From assembly GCA_043747615.1 (NCBI GenBank), contig JAYTOU010000017.1, positions 1 to 64,000 of the forward strand: DNA of 64,000 nt, read 5' to 3'. Positions 38,752-49,399 of the stretch are shown here, piece after piece (position 1 is the first letter of the stretch; each line of letters starts with the position of its first letter). A model generated the notes under the pieces. That model was not told the origin of the DNA. It saw only the letters and a program-made list of their open reading frames with translations, and did no database searches. A program made the position numbers and the translations under genes. Source of the DNA: Myxococcales bacterium. GTDB lineage: Bacteria > Myxococcota_A > Polyangia > Polyangiales > Polyangiaceae.

Positions 38752-38769
38752 TGAAACAGAATTGTGACA
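38752..38769. promoter_or_regulatory. Pho-box-like direct repeat 3
   Basis: TGAAACA-GAAT-TGTGACA (reverse: TGTCACA-ATTC-TGTTTCA), upstream of the porin operon. Confidence 0.55.
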
Positions 38770-38837
38770 AGCAAAAGCGCGATCTCGTGATGGTTGGATG
38801 GCGCCGCTCGGCGCATTCGCCCTGATAGGCTCGCGGC

Positions 38838-40133
38838 GTGCGACCGTCTTCGTTTGCATCGGGTTTCATCGCGGTTCTCGCGATCGCGAGCCGTGCCCGC
38901 GCCGCCGATCCTCCGACCGGACCGCCCGCGCCGATCGCGTCGGCCGAGACGAAAGAGAACAGCCTCCTCAAGACCGTCAAGCTCTCCGGGTACGTCCAAG
39001 CCGACTGGGTGCTGATGCGGCAGTCGTCGCAGGACGAGGTGAACAACGCGAACGGCGATCCGCTGAACGAGAATCGTTTCGTCCTTCGCCGTGGTCACCT
39101 CCGCGCCGAGGTCGACCAGGGCTACGTGCTTGGCTCGCTCGAGATCGACGCCAACACCGTTCGGGGTCCTACGCTGCGCCCGATCGATGCGGAGGTGTCG
39201 TTTCGCTACCCCGCCAAACCAGTGGACGGCGAGCCGTACATCATGGCCACGCTCGGCCTCTTCAAGACACCGTTCGGTTTCGAAGTGCTCGAGGCGGACA
39301 ACCGCCGCCCGTTCCTCGAGCGAAGCACCGTGATCCGCGCTTTTTTCCCTGGTGAGTACGATCTCGGCGCGCGCATCAAGGGCGGCTGGCGCTTCGTCGA
39401 TTACGCGCTCGGGCTCATGAACGGCAATCCGATCGGTGAGCGCTCGTTCCCCGCGCGCGATCCAAACAAGAGCAAAGATCTCGTCGTTCGCGTGGGCAGC
39501 CACGCCGACGTTGCGAAGGGAGTGCGCGTCCTCGGAGGCTTCTCGGGCGTCACCGGCAGCGGCTTTCACAGAGGCACGCCGAGCACGAAAGACGTCCTCG
39601 TGTGGCGCGACACGAATGAAGACGGGATTGTTCAGCCCGACGAGGTCACCGTCATCCCTGGTACCGCGGCGAGCGCGTCGGAGACTTTCCACCGCTTCGC
39701 ACTCGGCGCCGATCTCCGCGTGGTGGCAGACATTCCGGTTCTCGGCGAGCTCGTCCTGCGCGGAGAGATCGTGCGAGGCAGCAATATCGATCGCGGAGTC
39801 ATGCCCGCCGATCCCGTTTCCACCGGGCGGAATCTACGCGAATTTGGCTGGTATGCGGGCTTCACCCAGGAGATCACGCGCTACGGGATGATCGGCGTTC
39901 GCTACGATCGCTACGACCCCGATGCCGATGCGCAGAACCAGCTCGGCGTGAAAGTCGTCCCGGCGACGAGCGCTTTTTCGACGTGGGCCTTCATGGGGGC
40001 GCTCCGTTACGGCGGCGGCCGGTTCATCGCCGAGTACGACCGCAACACCAACGCGCTCGGGCGCGACACGAACGGCGCCCCCGTCAATCTGAAGGACGAC
40101 GCCTTTACCCTTCGCGCCGAGATGAGCTTCTGA
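38838..40133 (+). CDS. Outer-membrane porin, OprO/OprP (phosphate-selective)-like
   Basis: LSGYVQ, FVLRRGHL, GLFKTPFGFE, RPFLERS, FPGEYDLG; C-terminal Phe; paralog of 10787-12358. Confidence 0.78.
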   Translation: MRPSSFASGFIAVLAIASRARAADPPTGPPAPIASAETKENSLLKTVKLSGYVQADWVLMRQSSQDEVNNANGDPLNENRFVLRRGHLRAEVDQGYVLGSLEIDANTVRGPTLRPIDAEVSFRYPAKPVDGEPYIMATLGLFKTPFGFEVLEADNRRPFLERSTVIRAFFPGEYDLGARIKGGWRFVDYALGLMNGNPIGERSFPARDPNKSKDLVVRVGSHADVAKGVRVLGGFSGVTGSGFHRGTPSTKDVLVWRDTNEDGIVQPDEVTVIPGTAASASETFHRFALGADLRVVADIPVLGELVLRGEIVRGSNIDRGVMPADPVSTGRNLREFGWYAGFTQEITRYGMIGVRYDRYDPDADAQNQLGVKVVPATSAFSTWAFMGALRYGGGRFIAEYDRNTNALGRDTNGAPVNLKDDAFTLRAEMSF

Positions 40134-41017
40134 TGCGCGCGTTTTCACTCGTCTGCGTCGTGCTGGTCATCTCCTCGTGCGATGGATCCACCTCCGACCC
40201 TGGTCTTCGCGCTGCTCTTCGCGCCGAGGGAGCACAGTTTTTCCCAGGGGCGATGCCGGCAGAAGCCGGTGGCCCGAAGGTGGCGGCGGTCAACCTGGTC
40301 ACCACCTCGCTGCGCGCCGGATCGGTCGGTAAATCGTGCTCCGGAGCGCTCGAAGCAGAGGCCACATCGGCGGCTATTGCACTGGCCGGTGACGACGGTT
40401 ACTGGGTGGTGACCGCGTCGGTGCCCGACGTTCAGACACCGGGGCTCCCGTCGTTTCATACGAGGCTCTCCTTCTCTTCGTCACTCTCCCCGGGCTCGCA
40501 TGATCTCGTGGTGCGCGCCGTGGACATCAACGGGCGCTTCGGTCCGGCGAACCTGCAGCCGCTCACGGCGGTGGACACGACCCCTCAAGGCCGGCTGGTG
40601 GTCTCACTCACGTGGGACAGCGAGAGCGATCTCGATCTGCGGGTCGTCGATCCCAACGGCGCTGAAGTCTGGAAACGAAACATCAACTCCTTCGGCCCGC
40701 CCGCCCCCGGTCAGCCTCCGGGCTCCGACGCCTGGAAGAACGGAGGGATCCTGGATTTCGATTCCAATGCCGCGTGCGTGATCGACGGGCGCCGCAGGGA
40801 GAACGTGGTCTGGAAGACGACTGCGCCGTCCGGGCATTACGTCGTGCGCGTCGACACCTTCTCTCTGTGCAGCGAGGTGTCCGCGAACTGGAAGCTCGAA
40901 GCGTTCCTCTCGGGTGCATCGCTCGGCCGCTCCGAAGGCTCGAGCTTCGACTCCGATACGCGCCTTCCTCACGATCGCGGCGCGGGGCTGCTCGCCCTCG
41001 AGTTCGACGTCCCCTGA
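40133..41017 (+). CDS. Lipoprotein with YfaP/DUF2135-like C-terminal domain
   Basis: Lipobox ISSC; SLTWDSESDLDLRVVDPNG...LDFDSN...RENV. Confidence 0.75.
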   Translation: MRAFSLVCVVLVISSCDGSTSDPGLRAALRAEGAQFFPGAMPAEAGGPKVAAVNLVTTSLRAGSVGKSCSGALEAEATSAAIALAGDDGYWVVTASVPDVQTPGLPSFHTRLSFSSSLSPGSHDLVVRAVDINGRFGPANLQPLTAVDTTPQGRLVVSLTWDSESDLDLRVVDPNGAEVWKRNINSFGPPAPGQPPGSDAWKNGGILDFDSNAACVIDGRRRENVVWKTTAPSGHYVVRVDTFSLCSEVSANWKLEAFLSGASLGRSEGSSFDSDTRLPHDRGAGLLALEFDVP

Positions 41018-41018
41018 C

Positions 41019-43664
41019 ATGCGCACGGCGCCCCTCCTTCTCATCGCGTCGCTCATTTCGCTTTGGGGCTTCGCGGCGCTCGGCCAGACGCGGAGCGGCG
41101 ATGGCGCGGGCGCACAGGCTCCGCGGAGGATCACCAAGTATCCGACGTTGAAGTCCTTCGTCGAGGCGACGTATCCAGCCGACAAAAAAGCTGCGGGCGT
41201 TGAGGCGGCGGTCGTCCTGACGATCGAGATCAGCGCCGTAGGACTGGTAAACGCGGTGAACGTGGCGCGCTCCGCGGGTGAAGATTTCGATGCTGCGGCG
41301 ATCGACGCGGCCAAGCGCTTCGAGTTCGAGCCCGCCGAGGTCGACGGAAAACCTGCGCCCGCGAAGCTCACCTACCGCTACGAGTTCAAGATCACCAAGG
41401 AGCCGGAGCCTCCGCCTTCGGTAAATTTTGAAGGGCGGGTCTTGGAGCGACAGACGGCAACGCCGGTGGCCGGTGCTTCTGTGGCCCTCGAAGATCTTGG
41501 CGTCTTCGCGACCACGGACGCCGATGGGCGCTTTGCAATTGTGGGCGTACCGAACGGTTTGCACCGCGTGACGGTGACCGCGGCGCGTATTCAGGTTTCT
41601 TTTTTTGAGGAGGAGATCGCTTCGGGAAAAAAGTCAGTGCTCACGTACCGCGTCGCGGGGGCGAAGTCTCCGTCACCCGAAGAGACGCTGGAGATCCTGG
41701 TGCGGGCTGCGCGTCCGCGGCGAGAAGCGGCGGCCGTCATCATTTCCGCCGCAGAGGCAAGGCACGTCGCAGGGACCCAGGGCGACGTCTTGAAGGTGGT
41801 GCAAAATCTTCCCGGAGTGTCGAGGCCGCCGCTGTCGTCAGGACAGATCGTGGTGTGGGGCTCGGCTCCGAAGGACACGCGGGTGTACGTCGACGGTGTG
41901 GAGATCCCCGCGCTCTATCACGGCGCCGGATTACGCTCGACTATCAACTCGGATCTAGTGACGAGCGTCGAGCTCGTGCCCGGAGCGTATGGCGCGGACT
42001 ATGGTCGCGGGCTCGGCGGGCTCGTTCGAGTGGAGACGCGCCCGCTCCCCAAGGAGGGAGTGCATGGCTACGTAGGAGCGGACACACTCGACGCATCGGG
42101 GATGGTCGCGGCCAAGCTCACCGATCGTCTGCGCGTCGGCGCGGCTGCGAGATACAGCTACCTCGACAGCGTGATGTCCGCCGTCTCCGCACCCGCCGTC
42201 GAAGATTTTTTTCCGATCCCGCGCTACCGCGACTACCAGGCGAAAGCGACGCTCGATCTCGGTCGCAATGAAGCGATCGACGCTGTTTTTCTCGGCTCCA
42301 ACGACGATCTGCGCCGGGCCATTCCTTCTCCCGACCCAGCCCGGGTACGCGCGGAGACGACTGAGAGCTCTTTTCAACGCGCCTACCTTCGCTACGTCCG
42401 CGTCGGCTCCAACGGAGACACCGTTAGCGTGACGCCGTTCGCCGGCTACGATCACGCGAACGTCACCACGAGCTTCGGAGACGTGCCCACCCAGCTCGAC
42501 GTGGGCTCCTGGAAGTACGGCCTCCGCGCTTCGCACCGCAGCAAGATCACTCGCAGCATGGATCTCTCGCTCGGCGTCGATGCGCTGGGCGCGAGCTCGT
42601 CCATCCGGCGCGCTGGCACTCTGACCCTCCCGCCGCGCGAAGGGGACGTCACCGTCTTCGGGCAGCCACCCGGAAGCGACTACAACGTCGACGAGTGGAG
42701 CACGAACATCGTCGACCTCGGGCCGTACGTGATCTCCGACATCCGGTTGGGTAAATTCACTTTCACGCCGGGGCTGCGCTTCGATGCCTTTCTCATCGAG
42801 GGAAGCCGCATGACACCGCGCGTAGGGCTCACTCCCGCGATCGGTTTTTCTCGTATGGAGGGCGCCGTCGATCCGCGCCTGACCGTGCGGTATCAGGCCA
42901 CACCGCGGCTCTTGGTCACGGCAAGCGCAGGCACGTACCACCAGCCCCCGGAGCCCGAGGATCTCAGCGCCGTCTTCGGCACGCCGGAGCTTGCATTGTC
43001 GCACGCCACGCACGTCAGCCTGGGAGAGGCCTTCAAGCTTACGCCGACGCTCACGGCAGAGATGATTGGATTCTACAAGTATCTCGGAAACCTCCCCGTG
43101 CGCACGCGGCTCGCCGAACCCAAGCTCGCGCGCGCTCTCACCCAGGACGGCGAAGGGCGCAGCTACGGCGTGCAACTTCTCTTGCGACAGGAGATGACGC
43201 GCGGGCTTTTTGGCTGGATCTCGTACTCCATCAGCCGAAGCGAGCGGCGTTACTTGCTGGAGGAGCGGTACCGCCTCTTCGACTACGATCAGCCGCACGT
43301 GCTCGCTGCGGTCCTCAGTCAGGAGATCGGGCGCTGGGTTTTCGGAGCGCGCTTTCGCTACACCTCGGGCGCGCCGCGAACGCCGGTGGTTGGGAGCTTT
43401 TACGATGCGCGAGGGGATCAGGCGCAGCCCGTCTTCGGCGAACAGAACACCGTTCGCATTTCGGACTTCTACCAACTCGACGTGCGTGCGGAGCGCACCT
43501 TCGCCCTTGGCAAGCGGGTCACCCTCGCCGTCTTCCTCGACGTGCTCAACGTGACGTTTCACCAGAACCGCGAAGAGATCGTCTACAGCTCGGACTTCAA
43601 GCGCAAGGGCTACATCACGGGGCTGCCGACGCTCGCGATCCTCGGTGCGCGGGTGGAGTTCTGA
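41019..43664 (+). CDS. TonB-dependent receptor with N-terminal TonB-C and carboxypeptidase-regulatory-like domains (MxcH-like architecture)
   Basis: FDAAAIDAAKRFEFEPAEVDGKP; plug VQNLPGV..VYVDGV; barrel ending in EF. Confidence 0.9.
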   Translation: MRTAPLLLIASLISLWGFAALGQTRSGDGAGAQAPRRITKYPTLKSFVEATYPADKKAAGVEAAVVLTIEISAVGLVNAVNVARSAGEDFDAAAIDAAKRFEFEPAEVDGKPAPAKLTYRYEFKITKEPEPPPSVNFEGRVLERQTATPVAGASVALEDLGVFATTDADGRFAIVGVPNGLHRVTVTAARIQVSFFEEEIASGKKSVLTYRVAGAKSPSPEETLEILVRAARPRREAAAVIISAAEARHVAGTQGDVLKVVQNLPGVSRPPLSSGQIVVWGSAPKDTRVYVDGVEIPALYHGAGLRSTINSDLVTSVELVPGAYGADYGRGLGGLVRVETRPLPKEGVHGYVGADTLDASGMVAAKLTDRLRVGAAARYSYLDSVMSAVSAPAVEDFFPIPRYRDYQAKATLDLGRNEAIDAVFLGSNDDLRRAIPSPDPARVRAETTESSFQRAYLRYVRVGSNGDTVSVTPFAGYDHANVTTSFGDVPTQLDVGSWKYGLRASHRSKITRSMDLSLGVDALGASSSIRRAGTLTLPPREGDVTVFGQPPGSDYNVDEWSTNIVDLGPYVISDIRLGKFTFTPGLRFDAFLIEGSRMTPRVGLTPAIGFSRMEGAVDPRLTVRYQATPRLLVTASAGTYHQPPEPEDLSAVFGTPELALSHATHVSLGEAFKLTPTLTAEMIGFYKYLGNLPVRTRLAEPKLARALTQDGEGRSYGVQLLLRQEMTRGLFGWISYSISRSERRYLLEERYRLFDYDQPHVLAAVLSQEIGRWVFGARFRYTSGAPRTPVVGSFYDARGDQAQPVFGEQNTVRISDFYQLDVRAERTFALGKRVTLAVFLDVLNVTFHQNREEIVYSSDFKRKGYITGLPTLAILGARVEF

Positions 43665-44563
43665 TGCGGGCCCGAGCCTTACTCGTCTTGTCGATCGTCG
43701 CCGTGAGCTGTCGTCCCGATCTCGGAGATCGTGATTCACTCGTCACCTCCGCGCGAATCATCGCCGTGCGCGGAGAGCCGCCGGAAGCGAAGCCAGGCGC
43801 AAAGGTGAGCTACACGCTTCTCGTGGCGAGCGCGGTGGAGAGGACCGCCGATCCTGCGGCAAATTGGGCGTTTTGCGCTGCGCCGAAGAAGCTGAGCGAG
43901 AACAACGTGGTGAGCACGGACTGCGTGGGCGAGGGTAATGTGCGCCCATTCGCAAGCGGAGTATCCATCGTGAGCGCGGCGATCCCGGACGATGCGTGCT
44001 CGCTTTTCGGGCCCGAAGCGCCGCCCGGTGGGCTCCGTCCGCATGATCCGGACGTGACCGGCGGGTTCTACCAACCAGTGCGCGCGGAGGTGGACGCAAT
44101 CACGGCGTTTGGCCTCGAGCGTCTGGTGTGTCATCTCGCTAGTGCTTCGGCGGACGTTGCCCAAGAGTTTGCGGTGCGCTACACGCCGAACAAAAATCCG
44201 TCGCTCGGTGCGCTGACTGCCACGGTGGACGGCGCACCGCGCACGCTCGATCAGCTGCCTGCAGGAAAGACGGCGAGGTTCGAGATCTCCTGGCCACCCG
44301 GCGACGCGGAGAGTTACGTGACCTTCGACATCGCCACCCAAACGCTCATCGGTCATCGCGAGGCGATGCGTGTCTCGTGGTTCGCGAACGGCGGAGAGTT
44401 CGATGCAGATCGCACCGGCCGCACGGACGCGGAGACCGTGGCAAGCGCCGGCAACGGGTGGAAGATCCCCTCCGATCCCGGTGCAATTCGGCTGTGGATC
44501 GTGCTCAGGGACAGCCGCGGAGGAACCGCGTTCTCGACGTACGCGTTGACGGTCGTGCGCTGA
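43664..44563 (+). CDS. Lipoprotein associated with the TonB-dependent receptor
   Basis: Lipobox AVSC; RIIAVRGEPPE, NKNP, VSWF, VLRDSRGG; TGATG coupling. Confidence 0.8.
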   Translation: MRARALLVLSIVAVSCRPDLGDRDSLVTSARIIAVRGEPPEAKPGAKVSYTLLVASAVERTADPAANWAFCAAPKKLSENNVVSTDCVGEGNVRPFASGVSIVSAAIPDDACSLFGPEAPPGGLRPHDPDVTGGFYQPVRAEVDAITAFGLERLVCHLASASADVAQEFAVRYTPNKNPSLGALTATVDGAPRTLDQLPAGKTARFEISWPPGDAESYVTFDIATQTLIGHREAMRVSWFANGGEFDADRTGRTDAETVASAGNGWKIPSDPGAIRLWIVLRDSRGGTAFSTYALTVVR

Positions 44564-44576
44564 CGTCGACTGGGAG

Positions 44577-45677
<1,101 letters not shown>

Positions 45678-45814
45678 GCGCCCTCACTAACACTTCGCCT
45701 TCATCAGGCAAAGGCCCGGCGCGGTGAGAGGCGTTTCGGAGGCTGTGAGGCAAAATGCGGCATAAAAAAGGCCCGCAAAAGCGCATAAGCGCTGCATTTC
45801 GTGCGGTCGCGCCG

Positions 45815-45830
45815 CGGCATGTCAACTGCA
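45815..45830 (+). promoter_or_regulatory. Sigma-54 -24/-12 promoter candidate
   Basis: CGGCATGTCAACTGCA upstream of the PA2169-family gene. Confidence 0.55.
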
Positions 45831-45871
45831 ATGATGTGCATGCATTCCCAAATGTGCGGATGGAGAGAGAC

Positions 45872-46342
45872 ATGGAAATGGCGCCAGACAGGATCACCCT
45901 CGACGTACGAGACATCGTCCTCGTGCTGAACGAGCTCATTCAAACCAATAAAGACAGTGAGAAGCTCTTCGCCTACGCGACGGGCGATGTTCTCAACATC
46001 GGCCACAAGGCGACCTTTGCGCGGTACTCGCGGCAGCGCGCAGGGTTTGCACGCGCTCTCCAGTCTGCCGTTCTTCGCCTCGGTGGGGATCCGGTCGGCA
46101 ACGGCAGTGTGAGCGGCGCGGTCCTGCAAGGCTGGATGGACATCAAGTCGGCGGTCTCGGTCCGCGAAGACCTCGCCATCCTCCAAGAAGTCGAGCGCGG
46201 CGAAGACGTAGCCAAGAAGCACTACGAGGCTGCCCTCCAGAGATCACTGAGCGACGACCTCCGCGCCCTCCTCGAGCGCCAGCTCGCGAGCGTCCGGGAG
46301 TGTCACGATCGTATTCGGCTCCTCAGCGGATCGACGAACTGA
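45872..46342 (+). CDS. PA2169-family four-helix-bundle (ferritin-like) protein
   Basis: LNELIQTNKD, LGGDP..GSVSG..GWMDIKS, EVERGED.A..HYE. Confidence 0.9.
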   Translation: MEMAPDRITLDVRDIVLVLNELIQTNKDSEKLFAYATGDVLNIGHKATFARYSRQRAGFARALQSAVLRLGGDPVGNGSVSGAVLQGWMDIKSAVSVREDLAILQEVERGEDVAKKHYEAALQRSLSDDLRALLERQLASVRECHDRIRLLSGSTN

Positions 46343-46400
46343 GCTAATTTCCATGCAGTGACAACGCCTCGGCTACGGCGAGCATCGCACTAGTGCCGCC

Positions 46401-46859
46401 ATGCTCATTCTGAAGAAGCTTCTCGTCCCCGTCGATTTCACCGAGACTTCGGAGCGGGCGCTCGACCACGCCGTGGCGCTCGCTGAAAAGTTCGATGCCG
46501 CCGTCGTTGTACTGCATTGCTATGAGCTGCCCATCTACGGTTTTCCGGATGGCGCGTTCATCGCGACCAGCGACGTAGCGTCGCGGATTTCCGTGGCCGC
46601 GCAAACAGCGCTCGACTCGCTCGTTGCCGCCCGGGTGGCGAAAGGTCAGCGCGTCACGGGGGCACTGCGCATCGGCGTAGCCTGGGAAGAGACCAACTCG
46701 TACGCGGCGACGATTGAAGCCGACATGATTGTCATCGGCACCCATGGCCGCAAAGGCATCACCCGCGCACTCCTGGGAAGCGTCGCGGAAAACGTGATTC
46801 GGACAGCCACGCGGCCAGTTCTCGTCATTCATGGGCCGCGGGAGCAGACGCCATCATGA
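46401..46859 (+). CDS. Universal stress protein
   Basis: LLVPVDF, IVIGTHGRKG, LLGSVAE.VIR. Confidence 0.95.
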   Translation: MLILKKLLVPVDFTETSERALDHAVALAEKFDAAVVVLHCYELPIYGFPDGAFIATSDVASRISVAAQTALDSLVAARVAKGQRVTGALRIGVAWEETNSYAATIEADMIVIGTHGRKGITRALLGSVAENVIRTATRPVLVIHGPREQTPS

Positions 46860-47479
46860 GCCAGCCTCTCGTCATCTTGGTGGGCACCGATTTCTCCAAC
46901 CAAGCCGAAAGCGCCTTGGAAATGGCGCGTGATCTCGTGTCGCATGCTCCGGCCGCCGAGCTCCATATCCTGCACGTCGTCGCGCCCAAGATCAGCTCGG
47001 TGGGCATCAGCGGGGTCGGGCCGAACCTGGCGACGGAGCTCACCGAGTCACTCGATCGAGCGCGCGCGCAGCTTCAAAGCGTGTGTCGCGCCGGAGAGGC
47101 GTCCCTTACGGCTCGCACCACCGGTCACATTCGCACGGGGGACGCTACGACGGAGATCACCGAGCTAGCGAAGTCGTTGAACGCGGATCTGATCGTGGTC
47201 GGAACCCACGGGCTCACCGGTCTCGAGCGGCTCTTGCTCGGCTCGGTGGCAGAGACCGTGACTCGTCACGCACCCTGCTCGGTTCTCACGACGCGGGCCA
47301 AGAAGGTCTCGGCGGAGGAGCTGATCGAGCCTGCCTGCCCTGACTGCACTCTCGCCAAAGCATCGGCGGCGAACCCGAATGCGCGCTGCCCGCATCATCC
47401 ACGAAAAAGCGCTCGCCCGCACACTTACAGCGAGGGACGGAGCCCCGAGGGGCACGAGACCTTCCGCTTCGACAGCTGA
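46856..47479 (+). CDS. Universal stress protein with Cys/His-rich C-terminal extension
   Basis: LVGTDFS, VVGTHG, LGSVAE; tail IEPACPDC...CPHH..RPHTY. Confidence 0.92.
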   Translation: MSQPLVILVGTDFSNQAESALEMARDLVSHAPAAELHILHVVAPKISSVGISGVGPNLATELTESLDRARAQLQSVCRAGEASLTARTTGHIRTGDATTEITELAKSLNADLIVVGTHGLTGLERLLLGSVAETVTRHAPCSVLTTRAKKVSAEELIEPACPDCTLAKASAANPNARCPHHPRKSARPHTYSEGRSPEGHETFRFDS

Positions 47480-47535
47480 GAAGCGTTGGGTGCACGAGCT
47501 TTCTCCTCGCCTTGCGCACCGAACGTTTAAACTAC

Positions 47536-47566
47536 GGAGCGCGCCCACGTTTGGTGGACACGCTCC
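47536..47566 (-). terminator. Hairpin between convergent genes
   Basis: Minus strand GGAGCGTGTCCAC-CAAAC-GTGGGCGCGCTCC, 13-bp stem with two G:U pairs. Confidence 0.55.
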
Positions 47567-47586
47567 TTACTAGGTTGAACCGCGAC

Positions 47587-48075
47587 TCAGCTCGCCTTGT
47601 CTGCCATGGCTTTCAGGTCGGTCCATTCTTTGTCGAGCTTGGCCTTGGTCGCGTCCCACGCCGTCGCAGTGGTGGTCTCGAGTGATTTGCGATCGGCGAC
47701 GAACGCGTCGCGCTTGATGCGGAGCTCGCCGACCGAGGCCTGAAGGTCCGTCTTCGGCTTCCCCTTCAAGGTCTGGACTTTCGCGTCGAGGGTGTCGATC
47801 TTCTTGTTGAGATCATCGAGGTTCGTTTGCGTGGAATGCCTGTAATCCTCGATGGTTTTTGCGAAGTCGGCCTGCGCGGCGGCTACCTTCTTGTCCGCTT
47901 CGGCCTGGGCGTTGTTGATCTTTTTGTCAGCCTCGGTCTTCGCGGCGGCGATCTTTTCGTTGGCCTCGCCCTGGGCCACGTTCGCCTTGTCCTGCTCGCC
48001 TGCTCCCGACTTGTCGCAACCGACGGCGAAAGAGACGAGAAGTACTGCGCTGAAAATAGTCGTTGATCGAATCAT
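47587..48075 (-). CDS. Coiled-coil lipoprotein
   Basis: GGGAG SD; lipobox AVGC; AQ.EAD/EKK repeats. Confidence 0.85.
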   Translation of the reverse strand: MIRSTTIFSAVLLVSFAVGCDKSGAGEQDKANVAQGEANEKIAAAKTEADKKINNAQAEADKKVAAAQADFAKTIEDYRHSTQTNLDDLNKKIDTLDAKVQTLKGKPKTDLQASVGELRIKRDAFVADRKSLETTTATAWDATKAKLDKEWTDLKAMADKAS

Positions 48076-48137
48076 GAATGACTCCCTTGTTTGGTTTGCT
48101 GCAATGACGCCTCGTATGCGGAAGCGCGTCTTCATCG

Positions 48138-48719
48138 TCATCGAGTTGCTTGGGGCGCGGCCGCGGTGTGCGCGGGGAACGGCGCGAGGACTTCCCTCAC
48201 CGCTCGTTGGAGAAGTTGATCGTCGATCTTGTCCGGGTTGACCTCGGCGCGGGCGGTGCCGTGCCAGACGGCGCCGTCGCTGGCGCCATCGAACATGTCG
48301 ATCACGATGGCTCCTTCGACGAAGTCCGCTTCCTCGTCGCTCCCCAAACCGTCGGCCGCACCGCGCGTACCCTGCGCAGGACGCTTGATCCCTTTGCGCG
48401 ATCCGGAAGCGCAGGCAACGACTACGTCGCCCTTCTTTCCGGCTTCCGCGGCCGCATAGCCTTTCTCTTCAAGGACCGTCGTTATCAGCGGATGCATTCG
48501 CTTCTCGATTTCCGCCGTGCGCGGCGAGCGCTTGAATCCCTTGGGCGAAGCTTCGGGTCCGCCGAACGAGAACGTTTGGTACTGAGGAAAGGGAGCTGAC
48601 GCGAGGCTCGCGCTATGCGCCTGCACGGGCGAGCAACCCGTCATCAGCACAGGCATTGCGGCGGCGGCCGTGGTGATCACGGTACCGAGCAGCATCAGCT
48701 TCATCATCGCTTTTCTCAT
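48138..48719 (-). CDS. DUF4136-family lipoprotein
   Basis: MTGC lipobox; YQTFSF; EGAIVIDMFD..AVWHGTA; AVREVLAPFP. Confidence 0.85.
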   Translation of the reverse strand: MRKAMMKLMLLGTVITTAAAAMPVLMTGCSPVQAHSASLASAPFPQYQTFSFGGPEASPKGFKRSPRTAEIEKRMHPLITTVLEEKGYAAAEAGKKGDVVVACASGSRKGIKRPAQGTRGAADGLGSDEEADFVEGAIVIDMFDGASDGAVWHGTARAEVNPDKIDDQLLQRAVREVLAPFPAHTAAAPQATR

Positions 48720-48861
48720 GTTTTTTCCTGGATCAGTGGAACGCGGGGAGAAGATGCAGCCTCTGCCTCCGCCGTTGCGGTGTGCGCGTAGAGATATGCC
48801 CCGCGTGGCATGTGCGCACGTCCCCAGAGCGGTAGTCAGGCCTAAAAGAAGCACTGGGCGG

Positions 48862-48877
48862 TGGCACACCCAGTGCA
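48862..48877 (+). promoter_or_regulatory. Sigma-54 -24/-12 promoter candidate
   Basis: TGGCACACCCAGTGCA upstream of the 48930 gene. Confidence 0.6.
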
Positions 48878-48929
48878 CAGGGCAGGTTGTAACCAACGTT
48901 CGAAAGAACCTCGAAAAAGGAGCTCGCAC

Positions 48930-49355
48930 ATGACGACGCAGTGGCATCCGACTTGGTGGAAAAACGAAGTTCACGGCAATGCGTTTGGCCGGGTGAAAGA
49001 GGCCCTCCGTCGGGACTGGGAGCAGACGAAAAAGGACCTCCACGTTAAAGGCGGTCACGAGCTCAATCAGGGCGTGGAGGACACCGTCCAGCAAGCAGTC
49101 GGAAACGAGGGCATTCCCAGGGAGGACCGCCCCAATCCCCCGCGCGTCATCGGCAGCTGGGACGACGCCGAGTTTCCGGTCGGCTACGGACACGCCGCGC
49201 GAAAACAGTACGGCGCCGAGCACCCGAAGTGGAGCGAGCATCTCGACAGCAAGCTCCAGGCGGAGTGGGAGTCGGGGACGGCAGTACCCCGCCGCGAGTG
49301 GGGCGAGATCCGGCCCTGGGTGCGTCACGGCTACGAGTACGAAGGTCGCAACTAA
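48930..49355 (+). CDS. Hypothetical Trp-rich protein
   Basis: AAGGAG SD; VKEALRRDWEQTK; SWDDAE..GYG; W..IRPWVRHGYE. Confidence 0.8.
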   Translation: MTTQWHPTWWKNEVHGNAFGRVKEALRRDWEQTKKDLHVKGGHELNQGVEDTVQQAVGNEGIPREDRPNPPRVIGSWDDAEFPVGYGHAARKQYGAEHPKWSEHLDSKLQAEWESGTAVPRREWGEIRPWVRHGYEYEGRN

Positions 49356-49399
49356 ATTTCTACGTCGCTCGCGTCGACAATCAACGAAAAGAGGAACTC

